Assembly (NCBI GenBank): GCA_902779305.1
Contig: CACZBD010000007.1
Location: forward strand, 88,760-152,759
Direction of reading: 5' to 3'
Source of the DNA: an uncultured Lachnospiraceae bacterium
GTDB lineage: Bacteria; Bacillota; Clostridia; Lachnospirales; Lachnospiraceae
DNA: 64,000 bases
The notes under the pieces: model-generated
Database searches by the model: none
What the model was told of the DNA's origin: nothing
What the model saw: the letters and a program-made list of their open reading frames with translations, nothing else
Position numbers and translations under genes: made by a program
Shown here: positions 18,356 to 28,278 of the stretch, piece by piece
Layout of the letters: each line of letters starts with the position of its first letter
Numbering within the stretch: position 1 is the stretch's first letter

Positions 18356-19870
18356 ATGGTAAAAATCGTTTATTCCGCAGGCCTGAAATGCCTGGAGGGA
18401 TACATTGTACAGGTGGAAGCCGATCTCTCTGACGGGATGCCTGCAATGGACCTTGTGGGGTATCTGGGAAGCGAGGTGAAGGAGGCCAGAGAACGGGTCA
18501 GGACAGCGATCAAAAACAGCGGCTATGACATGCCTCTTAAAAGGATCACGCTGAACCTGGCGCCTGCGGATATTAAAAAGTACGGCACGGGATTTGATCT
18601 GGCCATGGCTGTCGGGATCCTGAAGACGTTAGGGGTGATCCCAGACAGACCGACGGAAGATGCGGTTTTTCTCGGCGAATTGAACTTAAGCGGAAGCGTC
18701 TGCCCGATCAGGGGTGTTTTACCGCTTGTTCTTCATGCGATGCGTGCGGGCTTCAAAAGATGCTATGTGCCAAAAGAAAACGCTGTGGAGGCAGCACTGG
18801 TAACACAGATGGAGATCCTGCCTGTTTCTTCTCTTGCAGAACTTGCAGAACACCTTTGCACAGAAAATCGTATTGCGCCAATACAAAATTCGGATCACGC
18901 GGAGACATTGGAAGATGAGACCTGTGATCTGAAATATGTGCACGGGCAGATGATCGCCAAAAGAGGTCTCGAGATTGCAGCGAGCGGGATGCATAACGTG
19001 ATCCTTTTCGGGGAACCCGGGAGCGGAAAGAGCATGCTGTCCAAATGTATCCCTTCCATTTTGCCGCCCATGACGATGGAAGAGAAACTGGAGGTGTCTT
19101 CGATCTATTCCGTTGCAGGAAAGCTGACCGGTACAGCCGCGCTGATCGGAAAACGTCCGTTTGTCAGCGTGCATCATACGGTGACGGATGTGGCCCTGAT
19201 CGGTGGCGGCGCTTATCCGCGGGCAGGCCTTGCCGCGCTCGCGCATAAAGGAGTCCTTTTTCTAGATGAGATGCCGGAATTCAAAAGATCTGCGCTGGAA
19301 GCACTGCGGCAGCCGCTCGAAGACAGGATGATCCGGATCAGCAGGAATCTGGGCAATTTTTCCTATCCCGCGGATTTTATGCTTGTCGGAGCCATGAATC
19401 CCTGTCCCTGCGGCGCTTATCCTTCCGCAAGCTGCAGCTGTACTTTTGTACAGAGGAAAAAATATCTGGAACGCCTGTCCAAGCCTTTGTTGGACAGGAT
19501 CGATCTATGTATTGAAGTCAGGAATCCGAGTTATGAGGAACTGAATCTGTCATCTTTGGAAGAAGACTCGGCGACAGTTGCAAAAAGAGTGAAAGCTGCA
19601 ATGGAGAGGCAGTTCTGCCGGTTTTCAAAACCCCGGTTCAATTCCCAGATGGATGCACAAGAGATCAGGGGCTTCTGCGAACCGGATGAAGAAGGAAAGA
19701 AGATCATGGAAAAGGCATTTGAAAAATACCGTTTATCGGCCAGGGGGTATCACAGGATCTTAAAAGTTGCAAGAACCATTGCGGATCTGGACGAAAAAGA
19801 ACGGATCGGCGCGGATCATCTGATCGAAGCGATCCGCTTTCGGAATGCGGATCTTCTGAAGATGGTATAA
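18356..19870 (+). CDS. comM: YifB/ComM-family Mg-chelatase-like AAA+ ATPase
   Basis: Lon-protease-like N-domain (ITLNLAPADIKKYGTGFDLAMAVGIL), Walker A GEPGSGKS, and LFLDEMPEF. The preferred start is ATG 18356 behind GGGAGG (504 aa). Confidence 0.9.
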   Translation: MVKIVYSAGLKCLEGYIVQVEADLSDGMPAMDLVGYLGSEVKEARERVRTAIKNSGYDMPLKRITLNLAPADIKKYGTGFDLAMAVGILKTLGVIPDRPTEDAVFLGELNLSGSVCPIRGVLPLVLHAMRAGFKRCYVPKENAVEAALVTQMEILPVSSLAELAEHLCTENRIAPIQNSDHAETLEDETCDLKYVHGQMIAKRGLEIAASGMHNVILFGEPGSGKSMLSKCIPSILPPMTMEEKLEVSSIYSVAGKLTGTAALIGKRPFVSVHHTVTDVALIGGGAYPRAGLAALAHKGVLFLDEMPEFKRSALEALRQPLEDRMIRISRNLGNFSYPADFMLVGAMNPCPCGAYPSASCSCTFVQRKKYLERLSKPLLDRIDLCIEVRNPSYEELNLSSLEEDSATVAKRVKAAMERQFCRFSKPRFNSQMDAQEIRGFCEPDEEGKKIMEKAFEKYRLSARGYHRILKVARTIADLDEKERIGADHLIEAIRFRNADLLKMV

Positions 19871-19909
19871 GCGCGCGGGGTATGAAATGCATGTGGCTAA
19901 GGCTTAAGC

Positions 19910-21073
19910 ATGGAAGGAAAAAATGAAAGGGGTAAAGGTATGGAATATGTAAAAGATGAAGACCGGGAATATGATCTTTGGTGGGCGGTCGCTTCGGAGT
20001 TTTCCGGGATCAGATCTGTTTCGGATGTACGAAAAGCCGGTTCTGCAAGGGGACTGTTCTTTGCAAAAGAAGAGGAACTTAAGACAAGATACGGCTTCGG
20101 GCAAAAGGCGGCGGAGCACATTATATATAGTAGAAAGAATTGGAATTATGAGAAGAAGATGAGAGAACTGGATGAGAAGCGGATCCGCTTCATACCGTAT
20201 TATGATGCTAAGTATCCGAAACGGCTTTTGCAGACAAAGGGATTTCCGTTTGCCCTGTTTGTCATGGGCGAACTTCCGGAGGAGAACCTTCCTGCGGTTG
20301 CGCTGATCGGGGCGAGGGAATGCAGCGAATACGGAAGGAGTGTTGCTGCGTATTTCGGAAGGGAACTGGCGCTTGCCGGTGTCAATGTGATCAGCGGCAT
20401 GGCGATCGGGATCGACGGGATCGGACAGCAGGAGGCTTTGTCTGCAGGCGGGAAAAGTTATGCGGTACTCGGCTGCGGACCGGATCTCTGTTATCCGTAT
20501 GCAAACAGGAAGTTGTATGAGCGGTTAAAGGAAAAGGGAGGTCTGCTGTCGGAATACGGACCGGGGGTCAAAGCGGTATCCTGGCATTTTCCCGCAAGAA
20601 ACCGGATCCTTGCGGGGATCAGTGACCTGGTTATCGTGGTGGAAGCAAAAGAAAAGAGCGGAACGCTGATCACGGTGGACATGGCACTCGATGCCGGCAG
20701 GGAAATCATGGTCATTCCGGGAAGGATCACCGATCCGATGAGCATGGGATGCAACCGGTTGTGGAAGGCTGGCGCAAACGTTGCGACCTGCGTGGAGGAT
20801 GTCCTGATGTTGCTGAAAGACAGCGGATATTCCTTTGAAAAAAACGCGGACTCTGGGTCGGACGGGGAGACCTTCAAAAACAAAATACATCTTGAAAGCG
20901 AAGAAGAATTAGTGTATAGTTGTTTCGATTTGTATGCCAAAAATGCGGAAGAAGCACTGAAAAACACAGGGATTTCCTATCAGGACCGCTTGAGGATCTT
21001 AACGGAACTGGAATGGAAAGGGCTGCTCCGTGAGGTCGGATGCGGTTATTATGTGCAGACACCGTCATTATAA
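19910..21073 (+). CDS. dprA: DNA-processing protein DprA (Smf)
   Basis: The Rossmann-like DprA core is present: VALIGARECSEYG, SGMAIGIDGIGQQEAL, FPARNRILAG, VVVEAKEKSGTLIT. The start may be 19910 or 19940. Confidence 0.9.
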   Translation: MEGKNERGKGMEYVKDEDREYDLWWAVASEFSGIRSVSDVRKAGSARGLFFAKEEELKTRYGFGQKAAEHIIYSRKNWNYEKKMRELDEKRIRFIPYYDAKYPKRLLQTKGFPFALFVMGELPEENLPAVALIGARECSEYGRSVAAYFGRELALAGVNVISGMAIGIDGIGQQEALSAGGKSYAVLGCGPDLCYPYANRKLYERLKEKGGLLSEYGPGVKAVSWHFPARNRILAGISDLVIVVEAKEKSGTLITVDMALDAGREIMVIPGRITDPMSMGCNRLWKAGANVATCVEDVLMLLKDSGYSFEKNADSGSDGETFKNKIHLESEEELVYSCFDLYAKNAEEALKNTGISYQDRLRILTELEWKGLLREVGCGYYVQTPSL

Positions 21074-21121
21074 TGTTGTCATGCAGAAGGATAAGACCAT
21101 TACGAAAATGGGGAGGAAGGT

Positions 21122-23203
21122 ATGGCGAACAATCTGGTGATCGTGGAGTCGCCTGCAAAGGTGAAGACGATCAAAAAATTCTTGGGTTCCAATTATGAGG
21201 TCATGGCGAGCCAGGGACATGTAAGGGATTTCCCGAAAAGCCAGCTCGGGATCGATACGGACCATGATTATGAACCCAAATATATTACGATCCGCGGGAA
21301 AGGGGACATTCTGGCCGCGCTCAGAAAGAGCGTCAAGAAGGCGGATAAAGTTTATCTGGCAACTGACCCGGACCGTGAGGGAGAGGCCATTTCCTGGCAT
21401 CTGGTAAAAGCGCTGAACCTGGATGATAAGAAGTTTTACCGCATTACTTTTAACGAGATCACCAAATCCGCAGTCAAGGAATCGATCAAAAATGCGCGCG
21501 GGATCGACATGGACCTTGTCAATGCCCAGCAGGCGCGCCGGATGCTTGACAGAATGGTGGGATACAAGATCTCTCCGCTGCTCTGGGCGAAGATCAAAGG
21601 ACGTCTCAGCGCAGGGCGCGTACAGTCCGTTGCGCTTCGGATCATCTGCGACAGGGAGGACGAGATCAATGCGTTCATTCCGGAGGAATACTGGACCGTT
21701 GACGCAAATCTTCAGGTAAAAGGCGAAAAGAAACCGATCGTGGCACACCTGATCGGAGATGAAAACGGAAAGCTCCCGCTTGGAAATGCGCAGGAAGTTA
21801 AAAAGATCCATGATCAGATCGAAAAGGCAGACTACCGTGTATTGGAAGTGAAGAAGGGAGTCCGCACCAAAAAGGCGCCGCTTCCGTTCATCACCAGCAC
21901 GCTCCAGCAGGAAGCAGGAAAGAAACTGAATTTTACCACACAAAAGACCATGCGCATTGCGCAGCAGTTATATGAAGGCGTTGATATCAAAGGCAAGGGC
22001 ACCGTTGCGCTGATCAGTTATCTGAGAACGGATTCCACCCGTGTTTCGGAAGAAGCACAGGCCATGGCCAAGGAATTTATCGTGAATGCTTACGGTGAAG
22101 ATCATGCCGCAAAGCTGACGGAAAAAGTTCAGGGAAAGAACAAGATCCAGGATGCGCACGAGGCGATCCGCCCCAGTGATGTGAACATCACACCCGCTTC
22201 GATCAAGGATTTTGTCACCAAAGACCAGTACAGACTCTATCAGCTGATCTGGAAGCGGTTTGTCGCATCCCGCATGACGGATGCAAGATATGAAACGACT
22301 TCCGTGACGATCGGAGCCGGTGTTTACCGTTTTCATGTGGGCGCGCTGAAGCTTGTCTTTGACGGTTTCACATCTGTTTATACGCTGGAAGAGGATGAAA
22401 AAGAAGATTCCAATGTGCTGCTGAACGGTATTTCAAAGGATACGGCGCTGTCCCTTCTTTCGCTTGACGAGAAACAGCATTTCACGCAGCCGCCTGCGCA
22501 TTATACGGAAGCATCGCTGGTCAATGCGATGGAGGAATTCGGGATCGGACGTCCCAGTACCTATTCCCCGACGATCACTACGATCCAGGCACGCCATTAT
22601 GTGACGAAGGAAAACAAGAATCTGTATGTGACCGAACTCGGCGAAGTGGTCAACAATATGATGAAGGAAGCGTTCCCGAGCATCGTGGACACGAATTTCA
22701 CGGCCAATATGGAAATGCTTCTCGATAAAGTCGAAGACGGTGAGGTTGACTGGAAGACCATCATCAAAAACTTCTATCCGGATCTGGAAGAGGCGGTAAA
22801 GAAAGCGGAAACCGAGCTGGAGGAAGTTAAGATCAGGGATGAGGAATCCGACGAGATCTGTGAAAATTGCGGCAGGACCATGGTGATCAAATACGGCCCG
22901 CACGGAAAATTCCTGGCCTGCCCGGGATTTCCCGAATGCAGGAATATCAAGCCGTACCTGGAAAAGATCGGTGTTGCCTGCCCGAAATGCGGTAAGGATA
23001 TCGTGATCCGCATGTCCAAAAAGGGAAGAAGATTCTACGGATGCGAAAGCGGAACGGAATGCGGTTTTGTTTCCTGGAACAGACCGGTCAAGACACCCTG
23101 CGAAAAATGCGGTTCCCTGATGGTGGAAAAAGGGAACAAACTCCAGTGCACCAATGAGGAGTGCGGTCACACCATGGATAAACCCAAAGAGGAAGCCGAG
23201 TAA
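21122..23203 (+). CDS. topA: DNA topoisomerase I
   Basis: 693 aa. It has a Toprim N-terminus LVIVESPAKVKTIKKFLG, a DPDREGEAI motif, the active-site region LISYLRTDS, and three C-terminal Cys4 zinc ribbons. Confidence 0.95.
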   Translation: MANNLVIVESPAKVKTIKKFLGSNYEVMASQGHVRDFPKSQLGIDTDHDYEPKYITIRGKGDILAALRKSVKKADKVYLATDPDREGEAISWHLVKALNLDDKKFYRITFNEITKSAVKESIKNARGIDMDLVNAQQARRMLDRMVGYKISPLLWAKIKGRLSAGRVQSVALRIICDREDEINAFIPEEYWTVDANLQVKGEKKPIVAHLIGDENGKLPLGNAQEVKKIHDQIEKADYRVLEVKKGVRTKKAPLPFITSTLQQEAGKKLNFTTQKTMRIAQQLYEGVDIKGKGTVALISYLRTDSTRVSEEAQAMAKEFIVNAYGEDHAAKLTEKVQGKNKIQDAHEAIRPSDVNITPASIKDFVTKDQYRLYQLIWKRFVASRMTDARYETTSVTIGAGVYRFHVGALKLVFDGFTSVYTLEEDEKEDSNVLLNGISKDTALSLLSLDEKQHFTQPPAHYTEASLVNAMEEFGIGRPSTYSPTITTIQARHYVTKENKNLYVTELGEVVNNMMKEAFPSIVDTNFTANMEMLLDKVEDGEVDWKTIIKNFYPDLEEAVKKAETELEEVKIRDEESDEICENCGRTMVIKYGPHGKFLACPGFPECRNIKPYLEKIGVACPKCGKDIVIRMSKKGRRFYGCESGTECGFVSWNRPVKTPCEKCGSLMVEKGNKLQCTNEECGHTMDKPKEEAE

Positions 23204-23249
23204 AAGTAATCTACAATTGACCGAAAAATCATAAAATGTCATACAATAG

Positions 23250-23279
23250 CGCAGAAATCATTGATTTCTGCGTTTTATT
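23250..23279 (+). terminator. Rho-independent terminator after topA
   Basis: Near-perfect palindrome CGCAGAAATCA/TGATTTCTGCG followed by TTTTATT. Confidence 0.7.
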
Positions 23280-23344
23280 GTGTTAAAATTCTAATGATTT
23301 GAATGGGCTTCATTCGGGTCGGGGGGAACGGAAAAGGAGAAGGT

Positions 23345-24124
23345 ATGAGCAGCGTACAGTTGTTGGACAAGACTCGCAAGATCAATAAACTTCTGCACAA
23401 CAACAATTCCAGCAAGGTCGTGTTTAACGATATCTGCGATGTGCTGAAGGAAATCTTAAGATCCAATGTTTTGGTGATCTCCAGAAAAGGTAAGATCTTA
23501 GGGGAAGGCGAGATCAGCCAGATCGGCGCGATCAACGGTCTGCTGAATTACGCGGTGGGTGATTTTATCGATAAGATGCTGAACGAACGGCTTCTGGATG
23601 TGCTTTCCACCAAAGAGAACGTGAATCTGGAGACCTTCGGCTTTGATCCGGAAGCGTGCAGCATGTACCAGGCGATCGTGACGCCCATCGACATTGCAGG
23701 GGAAAGGCTCGGAACATTATTCATCTATAAGGTTAAGGAATCGTACTCGATTGACGATATAATATTGTGTGAATACGGCGCGACGGTGGTCGGCCTGGAA
23801 ATGATGCGCGCCGTGAATGAGGAAAACGCGGAAGAGAGCAGAAAGCTGCAGGTCGTGAAATCGGCGATCTCCACGCTTTCGTTTTCGGAGATGGAAGCGA
23901 TCACACATATTTTTGATGAGCTGAACGGCAATGAAGGGATCCTGGTCGCGAGCAAGATCGCGGACCGTGTGGGCATCACCCGTTCCGTGATCGTGAATGC
24001 GCTCCGTAAATTCGAAAGCGCCGGCGTGATCGAATCGAGATCCTCGGGAATGAAGGGGACCTATATCAAGGTTCTGAATCCCGTGATCTTTGATGAGATC
24101 GAAGCGATCAAGCAGCAGCGGTAG
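23345..24124 (+). CDS. codY: GTP/BCAA-sensing pleiotropic repressor CodY
   Basis: LLDKTRKINKLLH at the N-terminus, a GAF-like domain, and a C-terminal wHTH (ASKIADRVGITRSVIVNALRKFESAG). The preferred start is ATG 23345 behind AAGGAGAAGG (259 aa). Confidence 0.9.
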   Translation: MSSVQLLDKTRKINKLLHNNNSSKVVFNDICDVLKEILRSNVLVISRKGKILGEGEISQIGAINGLLNYAVGDFIDKMLNERLLDVLSTKENVNLETFGFDPEACSMYQAIVTPIDIAGERLGTLFIYKVKESYSIDDIILCEYGATVVGLEMMRAVNEENAEESRKLQVVKSAISTLSFSEMEAITHIFDELNGNEGILVASKIADRVGITRSVIVNALRKFESAGVIESRSSGMKGTYIKVLNPVIFDEIEAIKQQR

Positions 24125-24160
24125 CGCGTTCTTTATAAAGATAAACGGATTTGATACTGC

Positions 24161-24198
24161 AAACGGACTTGTATCTGTAAGATATAGGTCCGTTTTTT
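24161..24198 (+). terminator. Rho-independent terminator after codY
   Basis: AAACGGAC..GTCCGTTTTTT with extended inner pairing. Confidence 0.7.
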
Positions 24199-24276
24199 GC
24201 TCTTTCACAGCATCCCTATTTAGTGCCGCGGCCGGAACAGGTACACTTGATGTTGTGCTTTTTTCACAAAAAGTCC

Positions 24277-24304
24277 TTGTTTTTTTCGGATTATTCTTTA
24301 TAAT
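24277..24304 (+). promoter_or_regulatory. Candidate sigma-A promoter of the fla/che operon
   Basis: TTGTTT (24277-24282), a 16-nt spacer, then TATAAT (24299-24304), about 20 nt upstream of the flgB RBS. Confidence 0.45.
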
Positions 24305-24325
24305 GAAATAGAGTAGGAGGAGTAT

Positions 24326-24727
24326 ATGATCACATCGGGAGTTTTTGATTACGTCAATGTCATGGACAAGGCGGCGGACGGGGCATGGATGCGTAATGAA
24401 GTCATTTCGCATAATATCGCCAATGTGGACACCCCGAACTATAAGCGCCAGGACGTTTCTTTTGAAGCGGAATTAAAACATGCATTGCGTGAATCCAAGT
24501 ACATTTCACTGGATGAGAAAGTCAAAAATCTGAATCAGGACAACAGGCTTTCCCATGTTCAGCCGCGTGTTTACATGGATTATGCGGGTTTTTCCTATCG
24601 GTTGGATCGTAATAACGTGGACATTGACAATGAGAACGTTGAACTTGCATCGAACCAGATCAAGTACAATGCCATTGTGCAGAGCATCGATCAGGAGTTC
24701 AGAAATTTAAGGACCGTGATCAAGTAG
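24326..24727 (+). CDS. flgB: Flagellar basal-body rod protein FlgB
   Basis: 133 aa. It has the rod-protein N-terminal motif (ISHNIANVDTPNYKR) and is the first gene of the cluster. Confidence 0.9.
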   Translation: MITSGVFDYVNVMDKAADGAWMRNEVISHNIANVDTPNYKRQDVSFEAELKHALRESKYISLDEKVKNLNQDNRLSHVQPRVYMDYAGFSYRLDRNNVDIDNENVELASNQIKYNAIVQSIDQEFRNLRTVIK

Positions 24728-24762
24728 GCTTTCGCCCGGTGAGTTGATAAGGAGGTACAGTA

Positions 24763-25212
24763 ATGAGCATATTCAGTTCATTCGGCGTGAACGCGTCCGG
24801 TATGACCGCACAGCGTTACCGCATGGATATCATTTCCCAGAATGTGGCAAATGCCAATACGACCAGAACGGAAGACGGGACCCCGTACCGGCGTAAAGTG
24901 GTCAGATTTACCGAGAAGACGACCAATCCCACCGAATTCGGAACGATCTTCCGGAAGAGCCGCGGCATGGATGTCGGTGACGGTGTCAAGGTTTCCGGCG
25001 TTTACGAGGATCACAAGGAAGATATGAAACTGGTCTACGATCCGTCTCATCCGGATGCGGACGAATACGGATATGTGACATATCCGAATGTCAATATCGT
25101 TACGGAAATGACCAACATGATCGACAGCACGAGAGCATACGAGGCCAACGCGACCGCGTTTACCGCGAGCAAAGCGATGGCTGTGAAAGGCCTGGATATC
25201 GGAAGGACATGA
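24763..25212 (+). CDS. flgC: Flagellar basal-body rod protein FlgC
   Basis: 149 aa. SGMTAQRYRMDIISQNVANANTTRT, and the C-terminal NVNIVTEMTNMIDSTRAYEAN. Confidence 0.92.
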   Translation: MSIFSSFGVNASGMTAQRYRMDIISQNVANANTTRTEDGTPYRRKVVRFTEKTTNPTEFGTIFRKSRGMDVGDGVKVSGVYEDHKEDMKLVYDPSHPDADEYGYVTYPNVNIVTEMTNMIDSTRAYEANATAFTASKAMAVKGLDIGRT

Positions 25213-25260
25213 TGAATCGTGATCCGAAGATGCTGACGGTACTCATGAAAAGAGGATGAA

Positions 25261-25578
25261 ATGGACATTACGCAATTATTGAATGTTTCAAGCGATGCGG
25301 TCGCAAGAACGGCCGCGAACGCTTCCACAAGGAATACAAAAGATGTGGACGAGAGTTTTTCGTCCATGTTTCAGTCGGCGCTCAGCAACCTGCAGGAGAC
25401 GAATTCCCTGCTGAACAACTGGGAGGAAGAGGAGATCAAGTTCTCACTGGGGCTTACCGAGAACACGCACGATCTTTCCATCGCCGCGGCAAAAGCTTCA
25501 ACCGCCTTAAGCTATACGGTTGCGCTTCGCGACAAATTCCTGGAAGCGTACAAAGAGATCCTGCAGATGCAGATCTAA
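25261..25578 (+). CDS. fliE: Flagellar hook-basal body complex protein FliE
   Basis: 105 aa. Its position follows flgC, and the C-terminal region ALSYTVALRDKFLEAYKEILQMQI is typical of FliE. Confidence 0.85.
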   Translation: MDITQLLNVSSDAVARTAANASTRNTKDVDESFSSMFQSALSNLQETNSLLNNWEEEEIKFSLGLTENTHDLSIAAAKASTALSYTVALRDKFLEAYKEILQMQI

Positions 25579-25628
25579 GGGGTATTTTTGATAAATAGCA
25601 GGAAATTGCCTGCAGAGAAGGTTTTATC

Positions 25629-27248
25629 ATGGATGCTTTAATGGAGAGACTCAGACAGATTCCGAAGAAGATTCTGGACTGGTGGAACAAATTTACGGCA
25701 AAACAGAAGACGATCATCATCAGCGTGTCTGCCGGTGTGATCCTGGCATTGGCGATCCTTGCCACGATCCTGACAAGACCGCAGTATGAGACGCTGATCA
25801 CTACCGAGTCGACCAAAACGGCTTCGGAGATCACCGCGCTTCTGGAAGGAGAGTCGATCGATTACAAGATCACGGACGACGGTCTTGTGATCTCTGTCAG
25901 GAAGGAGGACCTGGCCAAGGCCACCCTTTTGCTTGGCGCCAACAATTATCCGGCGGACAGCTACAGCCTTGAAACTGCGCTTGCCGGAGGCTTCAGCACA
26001 ACGGAATCCGACAAGCAGAAGACATATAAGCTATATCAGGAACGACATCTGGAAGAGATCATGAAAGCACAGGCCGCAGTCAATGCGGCTTATGTCACGT
26101 TATCGATCCCTGATAATGACGGCACGCTGCTTGCGAAGAATGAGGAGACCTATGCCAGCGTCATGCTGGATCTGAACGAGGAACTCGGAGTCGGCGTTGC
26201 GGAGAACTTTGCCAAGAATATCGCGACCGCAGTCGGAAACAAGACCACTGCGAACATCACGATCATCGATTCCAATGGGAATCTGCTGTATTCGGGCGCG
26301 GAAGAAGAGGAGAGTGCTTCCAATGTCGTGAACACATCCAACCAGATCGCGCTGAAAGCCGAGGCGGAGCGAAGAGTCAAACAGGAAGTGACTTCCGTGC
26401 TCTTAGGAACCAATCTGTATGAGGATGTCAAGGTTGCGCCGAATCTGATCATGAATTTCTCCGCGACCAAGCAGACAGAGCATACCTATACGCAGGCGGA
26501 CGAAAACGGCACGAACGTTCTTTCGCACGAGAATACCTATTCCGCGCAGGGAACGGGCGGCACGGGCGGAATCCCCGGAACCGATACGAATACGGAAGAA
26601 CAGACCTATGTCATAGAGGACGGAACCAATTCCAATTACAATGTCGAGGAAGAGAGCAGGGATTACCTGCCTGCCGAGAAGATCACGGATACCGTGATCC
26701 CGCCCGGCGCGATCTCTTATGATGCTTCTTCGATCGCCATTACCGCATCCCATTATGTGATCTACAAAGAAGAGGAACTGAAGAACCAGGGATTGCTTGA
26801 CGGGATCACGTTTGATGAATTTGTGCTGCAGAATTCCGAAATGCAGCCCAAGGAAGTCGCTCCGGAAATGATCACGCTCGTCTCCAAGGCCACCGGTTTC
26901 CCGGAAACGAACATTTCCATCATCGCGTATGATGTGCCGATCTTCCAGGAGAAACAGGGCGCGCTGATGAATGCTGCGGACATCGCGCAGATCGTTCTGA
27001 TCGTTCTGATCCTCGGACTGCTCGCATTTGTTGTGATCAGCAGCCTGCGGAGGGAACGCAAGGAAGTTGCGCCGGAAGAAGAACTTTCCGTGGAGTCCCT
27101 TCTGCAGACCACACAGGAAGCGGAGATCGAAGATATCGATCTGGAAGCCAAATCGGAAGTGCGCATGATGGTCGAGAAGTTCGTGGACGAAAATCCGGAT
27201 GCGGCTGCGGCTTTACTGAGAAACTGGTTAAACGAGGAGTGGGGTTGA
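25629..27248 (+). CDS. fliF: Flagellar MS-ring protein FliF
   Basis: 539 aa. It has an N-terminal TM segment, a second TM near residue 460, and a C-terminal FliG-binding tail (NPDAAAALLRNWL). Confidence 0.92.
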   Translation: MDALMERLRQIPKKILDWWNKFTAKQKTIIISVSAGVILALAILATILTRPQYETLITTESTKTASEITALLEGESIDYKITDDGLVISVRKEDLAKATLLLGANNYPADSYSLETALAGGFSTTESDKQKTYKLYQERHLEEIMKAQAAVNAAYVTLSIPDNDGTLLAKNEETYASVMLDLNEELGVGVAENFAKNIATAVGNKTTANITIIDSNGNLLYSGAEEEESASNVVNTSNQIALKAEAERRVKQEVTSVLLGTNLYEDVKVAPNLIMNFSATKQTEHTYTQADENGTNVLSHENTYSAQGTGGTGGIPGTDTNTEEQTYVIEDGTNSNYNVEEESRDYLPAEKITDTVIPPGAISYDASSIAITASHYVIYKEEELKNQGLLDGITFDEFVLQNSEMQPKEVAPEMITLVSKATGFPETNISIIAYDVPIFQEKQGALMNAADIAQIVLIVLILGLLAFVVISSLRRERKEVAPEEELSVESLLQTTQEAEIEDIDLEAKSEVRMMVEKFVDENPDAAAALLRNWLNEEWG

Positions 27249-27249
27249 T

Positions 27250-28278
27250 ATGGCTGGCAGAGGCAGTTCACAACAGGAAATGGAATTTGCCGGTGTTCAG
27301 AAAGCGGCGATCCTTCTGATCGCGCTCGGGCCCGAGAGAAGTGCTACGATCTTTAAATACCTGAAAGAGGAAGAGATCGAGGACCTGACGCTGGAGATCG
27401 CGAACACCAGAAGTGTTACGCCCCAGGTCAAGGAATCCATCATAGAGGAATTTTATCAGATCTGTCTTGCGCAGCAGTATATCGCGGAAGGCGGTATCGG
27501 CTATGCGAAGGAACTGCTCGAAAAAGCGCTCGGCGCAGACAAGGCTCTGGACGTGATCGGAAAGCTGACGGCTTCCCTCCAGGTAAAACCTTTCGAGTTC
27601 ATCCGCAAGACAGAAGCTTCCCAGATCTTAAACTTTATTCAGGACGAGCATCCGCAGACGATCGCATTGATCCTGTCCTATCTGAATCCGGGACAGGCGG
27701 CTCTGATCATATCGGCGCTGCCGCCCGACAGGCAGGCGGACGTTGCAAAACGTATCGCCCTGATGGACAGAACCTCTCCGGATGTCATCAAGGAGGTGGA
27801 AAAGATCCTGGAAACGAAACTTTCTTCTCTGGTCAATCAGGATTACACCATCATCGGTGGTGTGGATTCGGTTGTAGAGATCCTGAATACGGTAGACAGA
27901 AGTACAGAGAAACACATCATGGAAACGCTGGAGATCGACGAACCGGAACTTGCAGACGAGATCCGCAAGAAGATGTTCGTATTCGAAGATATCCTGCTGC
28001 TTGATGACCGTGCGATCCAGAGAGTGCTTCGCGATGTGGACAACAGCGATCTGGGCATTGCCCTGAAGGGCGCCAACGAGGAAGTACAGAACGCGATCTT
28101 CAACAACCTGTCCAAGCGTCTTGCCGTCATGATCAAAGAAGATATGGAATTCATGGGCCCTGTGCGTATGAAGGATGTTGAGGAAGCGCAGCAGAAGATC
28201 GTTAATACGATCCGTCGTCTGGAGGATTCCGCCGAGATCGTAATCTCCCGTGGCGGAGGTGATGAGATCGTTGTCTAA
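27250..28278 (+). CDS. fliG: Flagellar motor switch protein FliG
   Basis: 342 aa. AAILLIALGPE, the EHPQTIALILSYL armadillo motif, MFVFEDI, and the C-terminal torque-helix region. Confidence 0.95.
   Translation: MAGRGSSQQEMEFAGVQKAAILLIALGPERSATIFKYLKEEEIEDLTLEIANTRSVTPQVKESIIEEFYQICLAQQYIAEGGIGYAKELLEKALGADKALDVIGKLTASLQVKPFEFIRKTEASQILNFIQDEHPQTIALILSYLNPGQAALIISALPPDRQADVAKRIALMDRTSPDVIKEVEKILETKLSSLVNQDYTIIGGVDSVVEILNTVDRSTEKHIMETLEIDEPELADEIRKKMFVFEDILLLDDRAIQRVLRDVDNSDLGIALKGANEEVQNAIFNNLSKRLAVMIKEDMEFMGPVRMKDVEEAQQKIVNTIRRLEDSAEIVISRGGGDEIVV

Noticed and set aside
24125-24325. c-di-GMP riboswitch (GEMM-I, as upstream of flgB in C. difficile) in the codY-flgB spacer
   Set aside because: I could not find the conserved GEMM-I features (paired GNRA tetraloop/receptor helices, ACGCAAAGC-like core). 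The spacer is explained by the codY terminator plus a sigma-A-like promoter. A covariance-model scan would settle this.
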